Numbered from the stretch's first letter, positions 30,302 to 41,652 are shown. The stretch: DNA of 64,000 bases from an uncultured delta proteobacterium (GCA_963716725.1 CAVQUB010000011.1:96001-160000); one strand, 5' to 3'. Numbers and translations are program-made. Notes: generated by a model from the sequence alone, not told the origin.

Positions 30302-31474
30302 TCAGAAGAAGAAGGGCCCAGGTTCCTCCGGCTCCTGGCCGATCGAGGGCTCGTCGTCGAACCACAGCCACGCTCGGAACCAATCGAGTTCGACCCAACC
30401 CGGTGAGGCCGCGAGGTTCCCCAGGGGCATGCCGATCAGCATCGAGTCTGGCGTGGCGCCGTTGAAGCTCAGCTCGGTGCCAAGCTCGGTGTAGTCGACG
30501 GCATCGCTCGAGTGCCAGGTGCGTGAAGCGTCGAAGCGGCGCGCGAGCCGAACGACCTGGGGAATGAGCTTCGAGCCCGACGTGGCCACCTCGACCGTGG
30601 CCCCGTCGGTGCTGAGCCGAAACGAGCTCGTGATGGCCGCCGAGCCGTTCACCGGCGCGATTGTCCGATTGCGCGCGCCCACTGCCTTCGACCCGCGGAG
30701 CATGAGCCCGCCGAGCTTCGCCCAGCCCGACGCGCTGCCGCCGGAGTCCGACACGCGCGCCTCCGCCACGAAGTTGCCCGCGACGGGGCGGTACACGAAC
30801 AGGAAGTCGTCCCCGTTGTTCCAGATGTCGCCGGTCGCGCCTTCGATGCGCAGCACACCGCCACCGACGCTGAAAGTACCGGTCGCGCCGCCAATTGCCT
30901 CCGCATGCCACTCGGGCGACAGCAGCGAGCCCTCAAAGTCGTCGAAGATCGCGTACACCTTCCGCGGATCCTCAGGGGGACCCTGGGCGTCCATGTTGCC
31001 GTAGTAGAGGTAGTAGCTGCCGCCGAGCTGGTTGCCGATATTGGCCTGCACGCGAAACCAGATACTGGTGTCGGGTCGATCCCAGCCGGAGGCGACGTCG
31101 AGGACGCGATCGATCTCGTGGCTGGCAGCGCCGGGCTTCTGGAAGAACAGCCGCAAATCCTTGCCGTCGCTGCGCGCCTTGCCCTCGAGCACGAGCGCTT
31201 GGTGGTCGAAGCGAAGAACCAGCGAAGCCCCGAGCGGGACGCTGCTCGCCCCGGGCGTCACCGTCACCCGCCGTCGATAGGCGTAGGGCAGCGGGGTCGC
31301 CGCTTCGGCGCCACCGAAGCCAGCGTCGTAGAGGATGCTGCCACCCACACCCGTGTCCGTTCCTGCGTCGCCGACCGCCCCGGCGCCGCCGAGTGGCTCG
31401 AGCTCACACGCCGACAGGGCGGCAAGCGCGAGGCCAACCGCAAGCCAGACGGGATCGGTCGACGCCACTCGCAA
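30302..31474 (-). CDS. Lipoprotein with DUF2341-like and concanavalin/lectin-like domains
   Basis: Lipobox LSAC; YAYRRRVTV...DGKDLRL...IWFRV...YYLYYGN; GDIWNNGDDFLFVYRPVAGNF...WAKLGGLMLR. Confidence 0.7.
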   Translation of the reverse strand: MRVASTDPVWLAVGLALAALSACELEPLGGAGAVGDAGTDTGVGGSILYDAGFGGAEAATPLPYAYRRRVTVTPGASSVPLGASLVLRFDHQALVLEGKARSDGKDLRLFFQKPGAASHEIDRVLDVASGWDRPDTSIWFRVQANIGNQLGGSYYLYYGNMDAQGPPEDPRKVYAIFDDFEGSLLSPEWHAEAIGGATGTFSVGGGVLRIEGATGDIWNNGDDFLFVYRPVAGNFVAEARVSDSGGSASGWAKLGGLMLRGSKAVGARNRTIAPVNGSAAITSSFRLSTDGATVEVATSGSKLIPQVVRLARRFDASRTWHSSDAVDYTELGTELSFNGATPDSMLIGMPLGNLAASPGWVELDWFRAWLWFDDEPSIGQEPEEPGPFFF

Positions 31475-31615
31475 GCTCCGCGCCGATCCTAGCAGCCGCC
31501 ACGGCGGCGGTCCCGGGGGAGATGTTCGAGGCAGGGAGGCGACCGGCTCGCGCTCGTGATGTGACGCTGCGGTCAGATCCGTGAGAGCGTGTCGCCTCCC
31601 TGCCCGAGAGGAGAG

Positions 31616-33889
31616 TCAGCTCGGCTTGCGAGCGCCGGTCCTCCTGCGGAGAGCGAGCAAGCTCAGGCCGAGCAAGATTCCGAAGAAGGCGCCGCGCGAG
31701 TCGCGCTCGGAGCTGGGGACCCGGCAACCGCAGCCGCCATCGTCACCCGAGTCGTCCGCGCCGCTGCCGCCGCCGGTCGCGGCCAATCCGCCCGTGGCGC
31801 CGGTGCCACCGGTCGCGCCGCTGCCGCCGGCGCCGCCGGTGTTGGATTGGGTCGGCACGCAGGTCCCGATGCTGGAGTCTTTGCTGGTGCATTCGAGACC
31901 CGTCGGGCAACCGTTGCCGTCTTGGCCGCGGCAGCCTTCCATGCAGATCTGCGTCTGGAGCGTGTCGCAGACCTTGCCGCTGGTCAGGTTGCCGCAGTCG
32001 CTGTCCTTCTCGCAGCCGCAGAAGGTCTCGTTGCCGCCGCCCACACGACAGACTGGCCCGGCGGCGTTGCCCGTGCACTTGGAGTCATCGTCCGGCGCGC
32101 AGACCGCGCACTTGCCCGTGAAGGTGTTGCACGCGGACTTGCCGGTCGGGCAAAGCGATGTGTTGGTCTTGGAGCACTCACCGCAGGTGCCGTCGGCTTG
32201 ACACGCGGGGTTGTTCGGATCGCTGCACTCTGCGTCGGTCTTGCAGGGCTGACAGGTCTTGGTCGTAGGGTCGCAGAAGGGCTTGCTCGCCGGACAGTTC
32301 TTGTCGCTGTCGCACTCTTGAATAGTGACCGTCGTCGCTTGCTGCCCGGGCGTGACGGGATCGCCGTCGGAGAGCCAGCTCTTCTTGGTGCCACCGGCCA
32401 GACCCGAAGCCTCGATCTTGCCCTGGTTTTCGATGCTGCCGCTCGCAGCGACGACCTTCACGCGGAACTTCACGCTCACCGTACTGCCCACCGGCACCGT
32501 GCCGCCCGTGGTGCCGTTGGCGCCAGCGCCAAGGCGAACGGTCAGCGTCTTGGTCGGCGCGTCGTACTCGCCCTGATCCGCGTCCTTGGCGTCGGTCTTG
32601 GTGCCCGCGTTGGGGCTGCTGACGACCTGGAGGCTGCCCGCGACATATTCGAAGCCGGCGTCGAGCACGTCGGTGAGCACACTGCCGACGGCGGTGTCAT
32701 TCCCGCTGTTCTTGGCAGTGAGCGAAAACTCGACGACGTCCCCGGTGAGCAGCGCGCCGCCGTTCAGATCTGTCGCCTTCTTGTCGAACTCGAGAAAGTC
32801 GGGCGCTTTGTTGGTGAGCGACGTGACGAAGCCACCCAAGATGAAGATGTCGAGGCTCGACGCAGCGCCGACCTTGGCGGAGGTGTCCCCGGCCTTCACC
32901 AAGCTGGTCACGTTGGTGGTGTCGAGATCGAAACCAGCCATTGTGCCGGGCTTGCCCGAGAGCTTGGGCACGTCCGAGGCGCCGCTGACGGGGCTACCCA
33001 GGTAGCTCCGCGAGCTGTTGAAGAAGTTGTCGAGGGGGTTCTCGGTGTCCGCGAGCTTGGTGCCGTTGAAGGTGAAGAAGTCGCCAGTGTAGACCGTGTC
33101 TCCCTCGTAGGTGAACGCGGTCATCTTGGCGGTGAAGCCCGTCGGAACCAGGAAGCCCGAGAGCGTGACCTCGGCCTTTTCTTGCCCAGCAATGCCGGGA
33201 TCGATGGAGGTGAAGCCGTCGAAGAGCGCGAGGTTCCGGAGCTCGTCCCCGAGCTTCTCGTAGAACACCACCATGCTCCACGCCGAAAAGGCGCGGTCGA
33301 CCTCGACGCCCACGAGCGGAAGCGCTTCGACGCCGGTGACGCGGAAGTCCCCGCTGCCCCACTTGGCGACGTAGTCCGTCACGTCGGCGCTGGACTGGTA
33401 GTAGTACCAGTCCGGGTGACTCGCGAAACCGTATGACATGGACCAGCTGTCATCGGCGTTCACCGTCTGGATGGGGCCGCCCTTCCAGTCGAGCGCGACG
33501 TTCTTGTCCGCGGTCGCGCCGACCTTGAGCGCCGACCAGTAGAGCCGTGCGTAGGTGACCTTGGCGCCAGCGGGGATCGACAAGGTCGCGCCCGTGCGCG
33601 CCTGCTCCGGCGTGATGGTCGCGTTGGCGACGTTGTCGCGCCAGTAGAGATCCGGCGCGGTGTCGTCGATTAGCGTCTGGGTCGCGCACGAGGTGGTCGT
33701 GCCGGTGGGCGGCGCCGGGACCGAGGTCGAGCAATCGATCGCCAAGGTGCTGCCGAAGACGACGACGTCCCCCTGGGCGTCGGCCTGGTGGCGCAGCTTG
33801 GGCGGCGCCGCGAGGGCCAATGACGCGAGAAGTCCGGCGGAAAGGAAGGAAGCAGCGGCAGTCCGGTAGCGACTGGCAGGTGAGACCAT
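31616..33889 (-). CDS. Secreted surface protein: DUF3344-like + DUF11 + Cys-rich repeats + MYXO-CTERM
   Basis: Signal peptide; ARLYWSA; KKATDLNGG...GDVVEFSLTAKNSG...LTDVL...YVAGSL; Cys repeats; DDGGCGC + TM + RRR. Confidence 0.85.
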   Translation of the reverse strand: MVSPASRYRTAAASFLSAGLLASLALAAPPKLRHQADAQGDVVVFGSTLAIDCSTSVPAPPTGTTTSCATQTLIDDTAPDLYWRDNVANATITPEQARTGATLSIPAGAKVTYARLYWSALKVGATADKNVALDWKGGPIQTVNADDSWSMSYGFASHPDWYYYQSSADVTDYVAKWGSGDFRVTGVEALPLVGVEVDRAFSAWSMVVFYEKLGDELRNLALFDGFTSIDPGIAGQEKAEVTLSGFLVPTGFTAKMTAFTYEGDTVYTGDFFTFNGTKLADTENPLDNFFNSSRSYLGSPVSGASDVPKLSGKPGTMAGFDLDTTNVTSLVKAGDTSAKVGAASSLDIFILGGFVTSLTNKAPDFLEFDKKATDLNGGALLTGDVVEFSLTAKNSGNDTAVGSVLTDVLDAGFEYVAGSLQVVSSPNAGTKTDAKDADQGEYDAPTKTLTVRLGAGANGTTGGTVPVGSTVSVKFRVKVVAASGSIENQGKIEASGLAGGTKKSWLSDGDPVTPGQQATTVTIQECDSDKNCPASKPFCDPTTKTCQPCKTDAECSDPNNPACQADGTCGECSKTNTSLCPTGKSACNTFTGKCAVCAPDDDSKCTGNAAGPVCRVGGGNETFCGCEKDSDCGNLTSGKVCDTLQTQICMEGCRGQDGNGCPTGLECTSKDSSIGTCVPTQSNTGGAGGSGATGGTGATGGLAATGGGSGADDSGDDGGCGCRVPSSERDSRGAFFGILLGLSLLALRRRTGARKPS

Positions 33890-33988
33890 GAAGGTACAAT
33901 TACCACCCTTGCCTACATCTGACTACCGGAAAATTTGTCCGCTGTCCCTGGAACGGTGGGGGGTCGGGCGTCACGTCATTTCGGGCAC

Positions 33989-34615
33989 TTAGAGCCCGAG
34001 GGCGTGCGTCACGAAGGGCGACATCATGGCCGCGACCAGGACGGCAAAGATCAGCGCCACCCAGGCGACCCGAGCCGTCGCCACCTCTTCATGCGCTGGC
34101 CAAGCGTCGAGCATGAAGCCGAAGACCACGCCGCGGCCGCTCGCGTGGGTGACGCTCCAGAACAGCCCGGCCGAGAGGTACAGGATGCTCGAGGCGAGCA
34201 CGTTCGAGGCCCAGGTCGGCGGGTAGCGCCCATCGCGCAGCACGAGCCAACCGTCGTAGCACCAGCTCGCGGAGAACATCCACGCGGTCAACGCGACGTA
34301 GATCGAAGTTAGCCCCTCGCGCCGGCGAACCGCTCGATACAGGGTCCCGACGCTCCAGGGCGCGGTGAGATACGTGAGCACGCTCATCAGCGAGGCATCC
34401 ACCGCGTCCCAGGTCGGATCACCGCTGTAAGGAGCGATCACCACGAAGAAGCCCGCCGCGAGCCCGAAGGTGACGAGCTTCCAGGGCCGTCCCAACCCGA
34501 GAGCGTAACCCCGCGACAGCAGCGACAGCGCCTTGCGCCGGCGAAACGCCACCACCACCGCGAGCAACGTAGCGAGCCCCCACAGCCCCATGTAGACGCG
34601 GAACGGCCAAGGCAT
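33989..34615 (-). CDS. Multi-pass membrane protein of unknown function
   Basis: About 6 hydrophobic segments; DPTWD, SVLTYLTAPWSVG, WMFSASWCYD; this is the real 3' part of the 1000-aa shadow ORF. Confidence 0.7.
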   Translation of the reverse strand: MPWPFRVYMGLWGLATLLAVVVAFRRRKALSLLSRGYALGLGRPWKLVTFGLAAGFFVVIAPYSGDPTWDAVDASLMSVLTYLTAPWSVGTLYRAVRRREGLTSIYVALTAWMFSASWCYDGWLVLRDGRYPPTWASNVLASSILYLSAGLFWSVTHASGRGVVFGFMLDAWPAHEEVATARVAWVALIFAVLVAAMMSPFVTHALGL

Positions 34616-34672
34616 GCCCGAGCAGGCTAGCCCGAAGCGGAGCGCGTCGGGAGCCATGGTAGCTTCTCGGCC

Positions 34673-36031
<1,359 letters not shown>

Positions 36032-36040
36032 GTTCGGGCC

Positions 36041-37480
36041 GTGACCCCCGACGCGAGCGCCTCCCTCACCCCGGGCACCCAACTGGGGAAGTACCAGGTG
36101 GTCCGGCTGCTCGCCGCCGGCGGCATGGCGGAGATCTACCTGGCACGGTCCAGCGGCCTCGCGGGCTTCGAAAAAGCGGTGGTGCTCAAGCGCATCCGCC
36201 CGAGCCTGGCGGCCGATCCGAAATTCGTCGACATGTTCCTCGACGAAGCGCGGCTCACCGGCAGCCTGAACCACCCCAACGTGGTGCAGGTGTACGAGGT
36301 CGATCGCCTCGGCGACAGCTACTTCTTCACGATGGAGTTCGTGCACGGCCGGGACCTGACCAGCGTGCTGGCTGCTTGCGGGCAGAAGAAGCGCGGTTTC
36401 ACGATGTCGCTGGCGCTGCACGTCGTGAAAGAGGTCGCCGCAGGCCTGCACTACGCCCACGACAAGAAGGGCCGCGACGGTCAACCCATCGGCGCCGTGC
36501 ACCGCGACGTGTCTCCGAACAACGTCATGCTCACTTACGAAGGCGCGGTGAAGATCGTGGACTTCGGCATCGCCAAGGCCGCGGTGCGGGTGACCCAGAC
36601 CGAAACCGGCGCGGTGAAGGGCACCGTCAACTACATGTCGCCCGAGCAGGCGCAGGGGCACGACGTCGACCGCAGGAGCGACGTGTTCAGTCTGGGCGTC
36701 TTGCTCTACGAGCTGACCACGGGGCGCCGGCCCTATTCGGCGCCCAACGATTTCGCCGTGCTCTTCAAGCTGGTCAACGAATCGCCGCCCTTGCCCAGCG
36801 AGCGTCGCGCGGGCTACCCGCCCGCCCTCGAGCAGATCGTGATGAAGGCGATGAGCAAGCGGCCCCAAGATCGCTTCGCCACGGCGGACGAGCTCAGGCA
36901 AGCCCTCGACGAGTTCGCACGGAACGAGCAGCTGGTGTCGTCGACGGCCAACCTCGCCGCGTTCATGCGCGAGCTCTTCGACGAGCGCCAAGACACAGCG
37001 GATCTATTCGCGCTCCCGGCGGCTCCCGAGGCGAACTCCACTGCATCGCCGAGAGCGGCCGGCGCGACCGTCCCCATCACGCCTGCGCGGCCGACGGCGG
37101 CGCACCCCGTGGTGACCACCCGCGTGACTCTGCCCATCGAGCGCCCGCGCGGGTGGATGATCGGCGTGGCGCTGGTCGTTATCGCCGGCGCCGCGCTCTC
37201 GTGGCGCGCGCTGTCGGAGTCCGAGGCGCCGGCAGCGACCGCGCCGACTGCAGCCGAAGCGCTGCCGACGCCGCCGACCTCGACCCCGGCGCCGAGCCCG
37301 AGCGGGGTGGCGACTCCTCCGAGCGCGACCTCCGCGGTCGTGCCCCCCGCGACCCCCGCCGAGGTCAGCGCGCGAAAGACCGCACCGCCACCACGCACAA
37401 CGGCCTCGAGCCCACCGCCGTCGCCCTCCGCCGCGGCATCGACCAAGAAGTGGGATCTCGACTCACCGCTTCCGCCGTGA
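36041..37480 (+). CDS. Membrane-anchored Ser/Thr protein kinase
   Basis: LAAGGMAEIY, VVLK, HRDVSPNN, DFG, GTVNYMSPE, DVFSLG; TM segment WMIGVALVVIAGAALSW; Pro/Ala/Thr-rich tail. Confidence 0.95.
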   Translation: MTPDASASLTPGTQLGKYQVVRLLAAGGMAEIYLARSSGLAGFEKAVVLKRIRPSLAADPKFVDMFLDEARLTGSLNHPNVVQVYEVDRLGDSYFFTMEFVHGRDLTSVLAACGQKKRGFTMSLALHVVKEVAAGLHYAHDKKGRDGQPIGAVHRDVSPNNVMLTYEGAVKIVDFGIAKAAVRVTQTETGAVKGTVNYMSPEQAQGHDVDRRSDVFSLGVLLYELTTGRRPYSAPNDFAVLFKLVNESPPLPSERRAGYPPALEQIVMKAMSKRPQDRFATADELRQALDEFARNEQLVSSTANLAAFMRELFDERQDTADLFALPAAPEANSTASPRAAGATVPITPARPTAAHPVVTTRVTLPIERPRGWMIGVALVVIAGAALSWRALSESEAPAATAPTAAEALPTPPTSTPAPSPSGVATPPSATSAVVPPATPAEVSARKTAPPPRTTASSPPPSPSAAASTKKWDLDSPLPP

Positions 37481-37492
37481 CATGACCCGCGC

Positions 37493-38293
37493 GTGTCGCG
37501 ACGAATGTGGCCAGCCCTGGTGCTCGCGGTCGTGTCCGCCGCGCCGACGGCGCGTGCCGCTGAGGGTGAGCTGAAGCCGGCAGCAAAGGCCCACCTCGAT
37601 CGCGGCCTCGCGCTGTACGCCGAGAAGGACTACGAGGGCGCGATCCGCGAACTCTCGCAGGGCTACGCCATCGACCCCAAACCCGAGCTGCTGTACGCGC
37701 GCGCTCAAGCCGAGCGGCTCGGCGGCCACTGCGATCAGGCCATCGAGCACTACGAAGGATTCCTGGCGACGGACCCGGAGCCGGAGCGCGAAGCCGCAGC
37801 CCGCGCGAACCTCGCCAAGTGCAAGGACGAGCTCGCCGCCAAGCAGCCCGATCCCTCGCCCCTGCCGGCGCCGACGCCCGTTCCTGCTCCGACGGTCGCG
37901 CCGGCTCCCACGCCAGCGCCCGTCCGCACCGCCGCGCCGCCCCCCGTTCGCGAAGCGTCGCCCTGGTACGGCGACGTGTTCGGCGACGTGCTGCTCGGCA
38001 GCGGGATCCTGGCCACCGGAGTGGGCGGCTTCTTCGTGCTCACCTCCTACGCGAGCGAGTCCACGGCCAAGGCCGCTGGCACCGCGCCGAGCGGAGAGAC
38101 CTACGAGGGCCACCAAACGCGCATCCAGCGTGCCGAGCGACAGCGGACCACGGGTGTGATCGTCGGAGGCGTCGGGCTCGCGCTGATCGGCGGAGCCCTG
38201 CTCCGCTATTCGCTGCGCGATCCGTCGCCACCGAAGGTGGGCCTCTGGGTCGGACCGGGGCAGGCCACCGTCAATTACGGGCGAGCGTTCTAA
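37493..38293 (+). CDS. Secreted TPR protein with C-terminal membrane segments
   Basis: Signal peptide; AKAHLDRGLALY...YEGAIRELSQGYAIDP...LLYARAQAER; two hydrophobic segments; ends VNYGRAF. Confidence 0.85.
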   Translation: MSRRMWPALVLAVVSAAPTARAAEGELKPAAKAHLDRGLALYAEKDYEGAIRELSQGYAIDPKPELLYARAQAERLGGHCDQAIEHYEGFLATDPEPEREAAARANLAKCKDELAAKQPDPSPLPAPTPVPAPTVAPAPTPAPVRTAAPPPVREASPWYGDVFGDVLLGSGILATGVGGFFVLTSYASESTAKAAGTAPSGETYEGHQTRIQRAERQRTTGVIVGGVGLALIGGALLRYSLRDPSPPKVGLWVGPGQATVNYGRAF

Positions 38294-39612
38294 TGCGCAT
38301 TCGCGTCGGCCTCCTCGCGCTGTTGTGGTCCGTACCGGCCTGCAGCGTCGACGATCTGCCTTTTCGTTGTGACGCCGACGCTGCGTGCGTGCGTGGTGGT
38401 GACCCAGGCGTGTGCGAGGCCAACGGCTATTGCAGCTTTCAGGACTCCGACTGCGCCGACAGCAAGCGACGCTTTGGGGTCCACGCACCCGAAGGTGTCG
38501 CCGACCGCTGCGTGCCCGCCTGCGTGACGCAGCTGGCGCTGGGTCAGTTCCACTCGTGCGCGCTGCTGAAGGACGGCAGCATCCGCTGCTGGGGTGACGC
38601 CCGGGACGGGCAACTCGGCAACGGCAAGTCGGGCACGCAGAGCTACGCGACCCCCGTGGAGGTCGATCCGGCGGTTCAGCCCGCCGCCTACGTTTCGGCG
38701 GGAGAGGACCACACCTGTGCGGTGAAGAACCCGGAAGGGAGCGTGTGGTGTTGGGGCTCCAATCAAGGTCTTCAGCTGGGAGTTGGCAGCGCCAAAGAGC
38801 CGGGCCCCGTGCAGGTGACGATGGCGACACCGCAGCAGCAGCCCGCGGTCGCGGTGGCGGCAGGTCTGGTGCACTCGTGCGCGCTCGGCTCCTGGGGCGC
38901 GCGCTGTTGGGGCGGGTGCAAGGGCGGACAACTCGGGAGCAAGGTGGGCTGTCCCGCCATCGGCGTGCTTCCTCCGGTGGAGGTCGACTGGAAGGCCGAC
39001 ATCTTGGAGATCGGCGTCGGGCTCGCGCACACCTGCGCGCTGCCCGCCTTCGGCAAGCTGCGCTGTTGGGGAGTCAACAGCGTGGGCCAGCTCGGCACGC
39101 CTCTCGGAGTGAATCAAGCGTTCCCCACCGAGACTGGGGTCACCGCGCAGCACGTGTCCGTCGGCGCGGGGCACACCTGCGCAATGATGGACGGCACAGT
39201 CGCGTGCTGGGGGAACAACGAGCAGGGTCAGCTTGGCGTGCCCGGCCCTCCCTCGGCAAAACCAACGTTGATCAAGCTCGAGACCAACGCCAAGAGCGTG
39301 AGCGCGGGCTACGCGCACAACTGCGCCGTTCTCGTCGACGGTCGCCTGTCGTGCTGGGGCTCCAATCTGTATGGACAGATGGGTTCCGCGGCGGAGCCCG
39401 GCGTGAAGCCCTCGGCGCCGGTGATCGTCGATCTGCCCGAAGCGGTTGCCAGCGTCAGTTGTGGGCGCGAACACAACTGCGCGATCGCGACCAGCGGTCG
39501 AGTCTACTGCTGGGGTCGTAACGACTACGGCCAGCTCGGCAACGGCGACTCCGGCTCGACCGAGGCAAATCCGGCCCCCGATCCGACGGTGTGGAAGTCC
39601 CTCTGCCGATGA
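38293..39612 (+). CDS. RCC1/BLIP-II repeat lipoprotein
   Basis: TAATG coupling; lipobox VPAC; Cys-rich N-domain; about 7 repeats of G.HTCA...G.V.CWG.N..GQLG. Confidence 0.92.
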   Translation: MRIRVGLLALLWSVPACSVDDLPFRCDADAACVRGGDPGVCEANGYCSFQDSDCADSKRRFGVHAPEGVADRCVPACVTQLALGQFHSCALLKDGSIRCWGDARDGQLGNGKSGTQSYATPVEVDPAVQPAAYVSAGEDHTCAVKNPEGSVWCWGSNQGLQLGVGSAKEPGPVQVTMATPQQQPAVAVAAGLVHSCALGSWGARCWGGCKGGQLGSKVGCPAIGVLPPVEVDWKADILEIGVGLAHTCALPAFGKLRCWGVNSVGQLGTPLGVNQAFPTETGVTAQHVSVGAGHTCAMMDGTVACWGNNEQGQLGVPGPPSAKPTLIKLETNAKSVSAGYAHNCAVLVDGRLSCWGSNLYGQMGSAAEPGVKPSAPVIVDLPEAVASVSCGREHNCAIATSGRVYCWGRNDYGQLGNGDSGSTEANPAPDPTVWKSLCR

Positions 39613-39635
39613 GGTGTAGGGGCCGAGCCAACACC
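39613..39635. promoter_or_regulatory. Palindrome, candidate enhancer (EBP binding site)
   Basis: GGTGTAGG-N7-CCAACACC (7/8 inverted match), ending about 70 nt upstream of the -24 box. Confidence 0.45.
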
Positions 39636-39707
39636 CGGCGCTGCGCTGCGTCGGGCACGGGCCCACGGGGAACGGCAGAACTCTCGGTCATTTCGCGCCG
39701 TCCGCCT

Positions 39708-39723
39708 TGGCAGCCTTCCTGCA
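39708..39723 (+). promoter_or_regulatory. Sigma54 -24/-12 promoter
   Basis: TGGCAGCCTTCCTGCA vs consensus TGGCACGNNNNTTGCW, exact GG-N10-GC spacing; upstream of AAAGGA RBS and ATG 39780. Confidence 0.6.
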
Positions 39724-39779
39724 TTGAGGTTCAGCGAGCCCGGACGAAACCCCGGACAACTCGAAAGGACGAACCAGCC

Positions 39780-40853
39780 ATGAGCACGCGACGCATCACG
39801 AACACCTCGGCCCTCCTCCTCGGCGCCTTGGCGGCAGCCCTCGCCGTCGGTTGCGGGGCGGTCAACGACGAGCGCGACGAGAGCCCGGAGGCCGGCGAGA
39901 TCGCAGAGGCGCTCGAGCTCGACAACGGCGGGATCGAGGCCAGCGACGAGGCCCCGATGTTCGCCCAGGCGGATATCTTCGCCGACGCGATCGATCCCGA
40001 GGCGCCGGTCGTCGATGAGCTGGAGGCGACCCCCACCGTGGTGGAACTGAAGCAGAAGCCCGACGCCGCCAAGATCGAGGTCGCGCTGATGTGGGGACAG
40101 CTCCCCGGCAGTCTGACCAACAAGACCCCCTACAACTGGAGCGGCAAGATCAGCGTGAGCCGAGGCGCCCTGCTCGTGCGCCGCACCATCCGCTTCGAGG
40201 ACCCGGGCGACCAGCTGTTGCCGCGCAAGGACCCGCGGGAGGTCGCGTTCACGGGCGTGACCTTGCCGCACCACGACGGGTTGCGGCTCACGGTGCTCGA
40301 CCCCGATCCGCTCGCGCCCGATCCGTTGGTCCTGACCTACGAGAACAAGGCCGGCATCGTCTACTCGGCCCCGATCGGCGAGCTGATGGGCAGCCCCGAG
40401 AGCGTGCCCGTGGACGACGCCGGCAATCGATTCGTCGGCGTCGCGATGGCCACACCGGTCGATGTCTGTCAGTTCGGCATGCTGGGCGGCAAGTGGCACC
40501 GGGTTGCCCCCGGCCGCGGACACCTGATCGGCCTGGTGACCAACCCGGTGGGCGATCCGATCGGGCACGCGAAGGGGATCTGGGGCGAGCGCAAGAGCGG
40601 CGAGCAGGTGTTCTTCGGCAAGTACATCGACAGCCAGGGTCACTTCCGCGGCATCTTCGCGGGCAAGTACGGCGAGGGTCACTACCAGGGCAAGTGGCTG
40701 CACGCCGCGGGCGAAGCAGGAGCGCTCGGCGGGCACTACTTCGACGCGCCCGGCAAGCCTGGCGGGAAGTTCATGGGCGGTTGGGCCGAGACGACCTGCA
40801 ACATGAAGGTCGGTCCGGGGGCACCCCCGCCCCCACCGCCGCCCGCTCCCTGA
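39780..40853 (+). CDS. Hypothetical lipoprotein (acidic N-terminus, Gly/aromatic beta-repeats)
   Basis: RBS AAAGGA; lipobox LAVGC; C-terminal GxW/GxY strands; strongly GC-biased third positions. Confidence 0.8.
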   Translation: MSTRRITNTSALLLGALAAALAVGCGAVNDERDESPEAGEIAEALELDNGGIEASDEAPMFAQADIFADAIDPEAPVVDELEATPTVVELKQKPDAAKIEVALMWGQLPGSLTNKTPYNWSGKISVSRGALLVRRTIRFEDPGDQLLPRKDPREVAFTGVTLPHHDGLRLTVLDPDPLAPDPLVLTYENKAGIVYSAPIGELMGSPESVPVDDAGNRFVGVAMATPVDVCQFGMLGGKWHRVAPGRGHLIGLVTNPVGDPIGHAKGIWGERKSGEQVFFGKYIDSQGHFRGIFAGKYGEGHYQGKWLHAAGEAGALGGHYFDAPGKPGGKFMGGWAETTCNMKVGPGAPPPPPPPAP

Positions 40854-40874
40854 AGCAGCCCAGCTTGGCGAACG

Positions 40875-40908
40875 AGACGCCCCTCCCCCGAGGGGCGTTT
40901 GGTTTTTG
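40875..40908 (+). terminator. Rho-independent terminator
   Basis: ACGCCCCTC-CCCC-GAGGGGCGT stem-loop followed by TTGGTTTTT. Confidence 0.8.
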
Positions 40909-40983
40909 TGTGCGCTAAAGATCTCGTCGCTCGTGCCGTGCAAATTGTCGAGGCCCGGCATTGGGACCGGCCTCGGGAGGACC

Positions 40984-41652
40984 ATGGGACGACGGCCCGA
41001 CAGACGCCGACATCGGCGCGCTCGAATCGCAGCGACGGCGACGGCGTTCCTAGAGCACGAACGACTGGGAGACTACCTGGTCGAGAATGTCTCGGCGAGT
41101 GGCGCGCTGATCAGCTTGGGGCCTTTGCTGGCGGTGAGCGATGAGCTTCGAATCTCCCTCGCCCTGCGCAACGAACAGCCCCTCAGCATGGCAGCAACGG
41201 TCGTACGCAGCGCCCTCTTGCCCGGTGGTCGCCGCGGGCTCGGTCTCGAGTTTCGAAACGTGGACCCCGAGGTCCAGGATACCCTTCAACGAGCCGTGCT
41301 TCGAGAGCTCGAAGCGGCCACCGAACCGGCGGTGCTGGTGGTGGGCGAGCCCTGCGCTCTGGTCGTGACCTTGATCCGCGACGTCGTGCGTGCCGGTCGC
41401 GGCGTCCTGTATGCGTCCACGCCCCTCGAGGCCATCGGTCTGGTGGAGGTCGCCGCCGCAAAGGTTCAAGTCGTGCTCTGCCTGGCCGGCGGCAGCGTCG
41501 AGCGAACGTGCGCGCTGATCAGCGTGCTCGGCGGCGGGCTCCCGGAGGCGCGCTGCGTGGCAGTAGGATCGCCAAAATGCCAAAACTGCCCGTCGCTGGC
41601 GGTTCCCTGGGGGAGAGCTGCGCTCGCGAGCGCCGTGGCGCCGGGGCGCTGA
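40984..41652 (+). CDS. PilZ domain protein with degenerate receiver-like C-terminal domain
   Basis: GGGAGG RBS; RRRHRR (RxxxR) and ENVSASG; ATVVR...GLGLEF; C-terminal VLVVG...STPLEAI lacks the acidic phospho-pocket. Confidence 0.75.
   Translation: MGRRPDRRRHRRARIAATATAFLEHERLGDYLVENVSASGALISLGPLLAVSDELRISLALRNEQPLSMAATVVRSALLPGGRRGLGLEFRNVDPEVQDTLQRAVLRELEAATEPAVLVVGEPCALVVTLIRDVVRAGRGVLYASTPLEAIGLVEVAAAKVQVVLCLAGGSVERTCALISVLGGGLPEARCVAVGSPKCQNCPSLAVPWGRAALASAVAPGR

Noticed and set aside
38520..39560. Regularly recurring DNA motifs (tgctgggg / cagctcggc) as a possible repeat array
   Set aside because: Explained by RCC1 protein repeats; no CRISPR-like repeat-spacer structure was seen anywhere in the window.
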